This document shows positions 60,701-64,000 of a stretch of 64,000 bases of DNA, piece by piece. A program made the position numbers and the translations under genes. The notes beneath the pieces are model-generated. The model made no database searches. It was not told the DNA's origin and was given only the letters and a program-made list of their open reading frames with translations. The DNA comes from Phoronis australis (Eukaryota > Animalia > Phoronida): NCBI GenBank assembly GCA_002633005.1, contig NMRA01000417.1, positions 76,158 through 140,157 of the forward strand, given 5' to 3'. Each line of letters opens with the position of its first letter. The first letter of the stretch is position 1.

Positions 60701-61788
60701 CGATGATGCTTCTACAGGAGCTCTATATGGAGCCAAACGAATAACAAAACCGGTACTATCTCCCCGAAATTTGCCTGGCCTTCAGCAAAATTAATTTTTG
60801 CTATATGGGCGGCGCAGCACTGGAAAAGTGAGGGGGCCAAAGCCCCCCCCCCTCCACCCCGGCCCTATGATGCGCTGCCCACGTCTTAACACTTTCAAAT
60901 GTACGACTGGATCCCGGCAACACGCAGTGGGCGGGGACTTCAGCTTTCAAAGTTCACCGGTAGGACCGTAACTTCTGACCTTCGACCTGGTTAAAAGAAT
61001 GAGGTCATATCTCTTGGCGTGCGGACAGTGCAAATGGTGAGTTCACGATTTTGGGAACTGGATGAGGGACTGCTCGAAGAAAAAGTTTGATAACAGGAGT
61101 ATTTGTTCGAGTTGGAAGGAATTAAACACATGCGCAAAAGGTATATATAACAACATGACTTTGATGTTTTAGTCAGTGTGAGGCATAATTCACTGAAACG
61201 CTTCTGGCGTCTATTCTGGATAGAGACGATGGTCATTGTCTAGCCCTACATGAGATTGTTAAACACTGGCAAAAAAGGCGGCATAAGTAGCCCAGGTAAG
61301 CTACACCTACGAAGTCAAAGCATAATAATTACTCAGAGTGATCTTCACAAGCAGATGGGCTGAAAAAACCTATCTTGAAAATATAACCTCGGGCCTCATT
61401 TTCTGTACTGGAAGTATACAAGTTACACAGTCAGTGCTACCTACCACTATTTGAGGATTATAATATGAATCTGATACAACAACTGGCTAACTCGGTAGAG
61501 ACAGTGAAACTCCTATAAGAATAAGATGTTTTCGTTGGTGCGAGGCATAATTCGTCAAAAAGCTTCCACCGTATGGAGCTCCTCTTAGGGGCTACATCGT
61601 CTCTACTAGTACTGCCACTGCTGGCCACTTACAGACGGTGGTCACTAGTCCAGCTGGTTGGCTGGCTAAGTAAGCCTGTAAGTGTAAGGACGGTTGACAA
61701 AATCAGAAACTTACATCACATTTCTGGTCTTGACTGAAAATCTACCCAACAAGTGATCAACAAAATAAGCACCGATTCCAAGAGCCAT
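24647..61788 (-). CDS. SLC37A2: SLC37A1/SLC37A2-like glucose-6-phosphate/sugar-phosphate exchanger (MFS, OPA family), 18 coding exons, about 514 aa
   Basis: The 18 exons sum to 1545 nt with continuous phase from ATG 61788 to TGA 24647. Motifs TGWPSVV..NWFGKGKRGFIMGVWNSHTSIGNILG, GVVEFSLCLFFAKLVSYTFLYWLP, DLSTFFDVGGI, NGPYALITTAVS and TAIIDGTGSFGAALGP are typical of SLC37A1/2. Confidence 0.92.
24903..25935 (+). mobile_element. HIRAN-like ORF-carrying TA-TSD element, copy 2
   Basis: Colinear with 13628-15123; ends GGGCGCTTATTAGGGTGAATACGG|TA; encodes the fragment NPFDKYAASVLKGLTMVGHIPHKISK. Confidence 0.85.
26145..26245 (-). CDS. SLC37A2: SLC37A exon 17
   Basis: GAALGPLLTGIISDSSSWKDVFWMLIAATVAAML. 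Confidence 0.92.
26560..26860. repeat. Unclassified interspersed repeat, with related copies at about 50590-50800 and 51985-52300
   Basis: Shared ttttarggcttcmaaagaa, ctgagcatggtctcaagga and aaaatcaaaagtt blocks. Confidence 0.6.
27113..28100 (+). mobile_element. 5'-truncated non-LTR retrotransposon 3' end encoding RNase H (RTEX/I-group-like), frameshifted
   Basis: VYTDGS, IVTDSQS, WIFSPGHAGVAGNEKADKL and a C-terminal CPEC; tail cccaagtaataccc; TSD-like aagtattgaa/aagtagtgaa; empty-site paralogue at about 23780-23825. Confidence 0.85.
28281..28394. repeat. 30-bp minisatellite, about 4 copies
   Basis: ggggcagcgagtgccatcatgtcaataatt-like units at 28281, 28311, 28341, 28371. Confidence 0.85.
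28470..28622 (-). CDS. SLC37A2: SLC37A exon 16
   Basis: LLLVTGAFVNGPYALITTAVSANLGTHPSLQGNSKALATVTAIIDGTGSF(G). Confidence 0.95.
28857..30478 (+). mobile_element. Kolobok-like DNA transposon derivative with a truncated THAP domain
   Basis: TTAA|AGGAGAATGCCACCC ... GGGTGGCATTCTCCT|TCAA; ORF 28928-29182 has the THAP pattern ACPN..LFFRLP..WL..VCGRHF..DF. Confidence 0.8.
31097..31145 (-). CDS. SLC37A2: SLC37A exon 15
   Basis: ttttcag|ATG...ATAG|gtaagt; MFIYESYGSVNLTNCI(V). Confidence 0.88.
32555..32640 (-). CDS. SLC37A2: SLC37A exon 14
   Basis: GGIVAGTISDYTGGSATTCVAMLLIAAPM. Confidence 0.93.
34103..34168 (-). CDS. SLC37A2: SLC37A exon 13
   Basis: (N)KKLSSGSAADLSTFFDVGGIF(G). Confidence 0.92.
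34347..34492. mobile_element. Short TTAA-flanked MITE
   Basis: TTAA|gaggcagtccatataaaaacca ... tggtttttatatggagtcactc|TTAA; contains the ambiguous base at 34443. Confidence 0.65.
35386..35476 (-). CDS. SLC37A2: SLC37A exon 12
   Basis: GVVEFSLCLFFAKLVSYTFLYWLPNYIKNT. Confidence 0.95.
35914..37570 (-). mobile_element. Helentron-associated (HINE/DINE-1/pearl-like) element with internal tandem core repeats, copy A
   Basis: subTIRs atgcgcccac / gtgggtacat, terminal hairpin cccacat-aaaa-atgtggg, ggacgccgg microsatellite remnant, repeated tgccactag..ggca cores. Confidence 0.75.
37890..37982 (-). CDS. SLC37A2: SLC37A exon 11
   Basis: EIGNYASISHSNDEEPQDEHAISIWRALKIP, with the family AIS..AL.IP motif. 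Confidence 0.88.
38200..38814. mobile_element. Possible TTAA-flanked non-autonomous element
   Basis: TTAA|GG...CC|TTAA with weak inverted ends (..tatattta / taaataagg..). Confidence 0.3.
39385..39426 (-). CDS. SLC37A2: SLC37A candidate 42-nt micro-exon 10 (VNPSGYSRILQNPQ)
   Basis: attcttttcag|GTA...CAG|gtattg; phase 0-0, no stop. Confidence 0.6.
40061..40255. repeat. Direct tandem duplication of about 92 bp
   Basis: tgtgctatttt.gaatttgcaatt.aggggttggccaactccaataagttttaaaactat...tgtttcagagtttatt occurs twice. Confidence 0.9.
40937..41319. mobile_element. Foldback/palindromic MITE
   Basis: tctagtacacaccataagtaaagaagggagtattgcagacgccattacatagctacattacata pairs with tatgtaatgtagctatgtaatggcatctgcaatactcccttctttacgtatggtgtatactaga; inner arms ctgctgcttgacctttgatc / gatcgaaggtcaagcagcag. 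Confidence 0.88.
41371..41430 (-). CDS. SLC37A2: SLC37A exon 9 (loop, dileucine motif)
   Basis: acctag|CTG...GAG|gtgggc; LDEESRMRVDKKESDPLLDE, phase 0-0. Confidence 0.7.
42163..43637 (-). mobile_element. HINE-like element, copy B (best preserved, 440-447 bp higher-order unit)
   Basis: gaaatgcgcccac start, ggacgccggatgccggacggacgcc microsatellite, ccacatata-aatatgtggg hairpin; cores recur at 42554, 43001, 43441. Confidence 0.8.
44619..44665 (-). CDS. SLC37A2: SLC37A exon 8 (start of central loop)
   Basis: ttacag|AT...CTG|gtgagt; DPRDVKLESPYPSPGL. Confidence 0.85.
45414..45580 (-). CDS. SLC37A2: SLC37A exon 7
   Basis: RGFIMGVWNSHTSIGNILGSLIAGIFVTEVWGLSFIVPGAIMAGLGLIVFFFLVP. Confidence 0.94.
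45887..45963 (-). CDS. SLC37A2: SLC37A exon 6
   Basis: VLSGLVNCTGWPSVVTCVANWFGKG(K), AG/GT flanked. Confidence 0.93.
46623..47120 (-). mobile_element. HINE-like element, truncated copy C
   Basis: caagagcaacgcatagcgttgaaatgcgcc end and decayed core repeats. Confidence 0.65.
47469..47604 (-). CDS. SLC37A2: SLC37A exon 5
   Basis: GHIAERVNLRYFLSSGMILCGLATAAFGLGFFTNIHAFWYYVLIQ, AG/GT flanked. Confidence 0.93.
48198..48276 (-). CDS. SLC37A2: SLC37A exon 4
   Basis: DGSNYNSLLGILDYAFLFTYAIGMFF(S), AG/GT flanked. Confidence 0.92.
49555..50095 (+). repeat. Segment homologous to 29181-29735 inside the Kolobok element
   Basis: Colinear aggaactat..., gtgaagtcttcgtyggatgagc, gatacaatttgtaatgccttggagtg, tgctgacagaaagctgttgtgaaacaat. 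Confidence 0.85.
51325..51492. repeat. Minisatellite with a unit of about 20 bp
   Basis: gaggstctgta(gca)gggaacac/atc units, about 8 copies. Confidence 0.85.
52354..52432 (-). CDS. SLC37A2: SLC37A exon 3 (luminal loop)
   Basis: ttcag|AAT...TTTG|gtatgt; NVLHDVNCTINGEQVYNVSLCSWPPF(D). Confidence 0.88.
53316..55405 (-). mobile_element. HINE-like element, copy D, interrupted by a hAT-like insertion
   Basis: aacaagagcaacacggagctcaatgaaatgcgcccac start; gatgacggc..cacccacataa..tatgggggcgcataa end. Confidence 0.7.
53586..54582. mobile_element. hAT-like non-autonomous element with 5-bp TSD
   Basis: CCATC|CAGTGGCGGATCTAG ... CTAAATCCGCTTATG|CCATC; G/C-run subterminal motifs. Confidence 0.8.
56265..56346 (-). 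CDS. SLC37A2: SLC37A exon 2 (TM1)
   Basis: ttttag|A TAC...AAG|gtaaac; YRFQILLLTFLCYTCYHMVKKPPSVVK. Confidence 0.9.
57270..58758 (+). mobile_element. piggyBac-like transposase remnant with right terminus
   Basis: Fragments YFKFFFNKDFMRMISTQTN, ALQISMGLVK, FFSSVMSRNKFLSI, (L)LHFVNN; right end ...gcagcaagaGGG|TTAA; left end not found. Confidence 0.7.
58560..58652 (-). mobile_element. tRNA-derived SINE head
   Basis: Minus strand ggaggcagtgTGGCCTGGTTGataag...GGTTCGAGTCCcaccagg; no clean cloverleaf. Confidence 0.65.
60136..60380. repeat. Minisatellite with a unit of about 17 bp
   Basis: gccrccttccrtacaa units with occasional gtacaa inserts. Confidence 0.9.
60900..61245 (-). repeat. Interspersed repeat, inverted copy of 63390-63790
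   Basis: cttcagctttcaaagttc, ggttaaaagaatgaggtcatatctcttggcgtgcg and ggagtatttgttcgagttggaagga are reverse complements of blocks at 63.4-63.8 kb. Confidence 0.85.
61715..61788 (-). CDS. SLC37A2: SLC37A exon 1 (start codon)
   Basis: MALGIGAYFVDHLLGRFSVKTRNV(I)|gtaagt; phase 2 matches exon 2. Confidence 0.7.
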
Positions 61789-61912
61789 TGGAAATATAGA
61801 GACAACACCTAGGAATCACGGCTTCCTCCCGCACCGCCGCCTTCTCAGCCTTTCTTTACAAGAGCCGTGATCATTCAGATCACTTCTGAACTTGTTTATC
61901 TGCCTAGTGAAA

Positions 61913-61922
61913 GTCACATGAC
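61913..61922 (-). promoter_or_regulatory. CLEAR/M-box-like E-box (GTCATGTGAC on -) upstream of the SLC37A start codon
   Basis: gtcacatgac lies 125 nt upstream of ATG 61788; one mismatch from the palindromic CLEAR element GTCACGTGAC. Confidence 0.45.
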
Positions 61923-63389
61923 ATGACTTGATAATACAAGAGCGCCACTTTCTGTGAACAAATTTATAAGAATAATTTTAAGTATTTTTTTCTACGTAAA
62001 ATTCGTTTCAAAAATGTTAAGGTGTGGGCACACCTTTTCTATTTATGACTATTACATATTGTATATTCTCAAAACTTTTGTGGGTATTGGTGGGGTCCAT
62101 TTTGGAAAATAGTTCGTGGAGTCCTTGACTTCCAAATTAATTGTAATGCTCCTTGTTTTTTCACCCATATATTGCAATTTTAATATCAATAATAATTAAT
62201 ATTGACGACAAAAGAGTTTCTTTGATTATTTTGAGAAATTCTTATGACATGCTTATAAAATATGGTCGCGCAACCATAGAATCTACAAGGTTGTTAACAG
62301 GCCAAGGTGTATCTCGACATAGGACGACTTCCGTGTATCCAGAAATAAGTTGGAGAGTTATCTAAACCGGATAACGTTGTCTATTTTGCTGTCTTTTGTT
62401 CAGTTGCTTAATAGTGCTTAATTTTTGCGTATGTTTCACCGTTTTGCTTATGAAAATGACCCTAGATTATCTTTCCAACTTACTCGACCCCAATCGGAAA
62501 TAAAGCTCCCGACTCGAAGCTCGAACGGAGATTGCAAAACAAGAAAATTGAGGTGTCGTACGATTAATTGGGATTTAAAGAAAGCACTCGTTACCTTGTG
62601 ATATCATCGCATGTAATGCAAATAACGCGGTTCTTCAGTTATGCCAGTTCATGAAAGGTGAGCTCATGTAATCATTGTACTTCGAAAGTAGAAGTGTTTG
62701 ATCGTTTGAGACGTGTGATTTCAAAGTGTTGTACTCGTTTGGACAGGTTCTCCATTATAGATGTGCTGCCCCCTTCAGCATTTGCTTTGCTGAGAAGAGT
62801 CGTCATCTGTATCCTGGCTTTTGGCATCTTGTCTTCTAGTTGAACATTTTGAACTTAAGTACAACAGAATTAACAATTCATTGTTAACTGCAAAAACGAA
62901 AAAGATGATACTGTTTGGTAGTTGTGAATTAAATTTTTGAAACTGAATTAACCATTAACGTTGTGGGTGTGCATGAAGGTGCGCCTAAGGCTAAATGTGG
63001 AGAAGGCACATTTGCCTTCTGAAAGTGTTTGAAATATCAGGCAGACCAAGAAATGGCACCGGTAGGATATATACGTATACAGTTCCTGACTTAGAGAACC
63101 AGTTTCATTAACTGAATAACTGTCCCATTACTATTATTCAATGGTTAATCTGGTTCTCTAAATCTGGAACCACTGCATTCAACTGATGCGGTTCCAAAAA
63201 ATTCAGGTTCTAATGAGCTGAATTCAGTTTCTGTCACAGCTGCATTTTTATGGTACAACCTCATTTTTATATGTGCCATACCTAAGGTAGATAGAGTGCA
63301 ATTAAAAATCTCAAAGAGCTAACCACAAACAAGGCATAATATTTCTATAATGCATCTTAATCAGTCACCTTGGAGGATCCAGGAACTTG

Positions 63390-63790
63390 TAAGCAATGAC
63401 CATTGTCTCTGTTGGCCCGATCAGAGGCGACGCAGCTCCTATAGGCGCTCCATACGCCTGAAGCTTTTCAGCGAATTATGCCTCGCACCGACTAAAACAT
63501 CAAAGTCACGTTGTTATAAATACCTTTTGCGCATAGAGGAACACCTTACAAGGTTGTCGATGTGTTTATATCCTTCCAACTCGAACAAATACTCCCGTTA
63601 TCAAACTTTTTTCTTCAAGCAGTCCCTATTTCAGTTCCCAAAATCGTGAACTCAACATTTTTGCACTGCGCACGCCAAGAGATATGACCTCATTCTTTTA
63701 ACCAGGTCAGAAGTTGCGGTCCTACCGGCGAACTTTGAAAGCTGAAGTTCCTGCCCTCTGCGTACGTGCTGCCGGGAACCAGCCGTGCAA
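63390..63790 (+). repeat. Interspersed repeat, inverted partner of 60900-61245
   Basis: tccttccaactcgaacaaatactcc, cgcacgccaagagatatgacctcattcttttaacc, gaactttgaaagctgaag. Confidence 0.85.
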
Positions 63791-64000
63791 TTGCCGTGTT
63801 GTTGAACATTAAAATGTCAAATATGTGCACAAAGACTATTAAATGTCATATCAACAGCATTTATTTTTTATCAAATGTAAACATTAATTCATTGAAATAC
63901 AATCAGTTTCAAGTAACGCCAATTAAAGACAAGTAGTGGTAGCATTTTGGAAAGAACATTTGACTGACAAGACCTCACCTTTGGCCTATTTAAAGATTGA

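Overview
Eukaryotic (animal, probably invertebrate) genomic DNA that is AT-rich and intron-rich. Almost all entries in the supplied ORF track are exon fragments, transposon remnants or noise. Two multi-exon transporter genes were reconstructed by hand from GT/AG sites and phase continuity; they converge tail-to-tail near 22.05 kb. (1) On +, the 3' part of a LIV-1 family ZIP8/ZIP14-like metal transporter: coding exons 3392-18705, [10 protein letters not shown] motif, 5' exons outside the window. (2) On -, an apparently complete 18-exon SLC37A1/2-like sugar-phosphate exchanger: ATG 61788, stop 24647, about 514 aa. The introns hold many mobile elements: a decayed mariner, HIRAN-carrying TA-TSD elements, a Kolobok/THAP element, hAT-like MITEs with 5, 6 and 8 bp TSDs, Helentron-type (HINE) elements carrying arrays of CTCF-like motifs, an RNase H LINE 3' end, a piggyBac remnant, tRNA-derived SINEs and minisatellites. 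The most notable observation is that each of these unrelated transporters has a small in-frame exon in its cytosolic loop encoding a YSR[L/I] tyrosine sorting motif and ending in the same CAG|GTATT donor. This suggests a possible splicing-controlled trafficking switch. No expression data are available, so all splicing claims are predictions.
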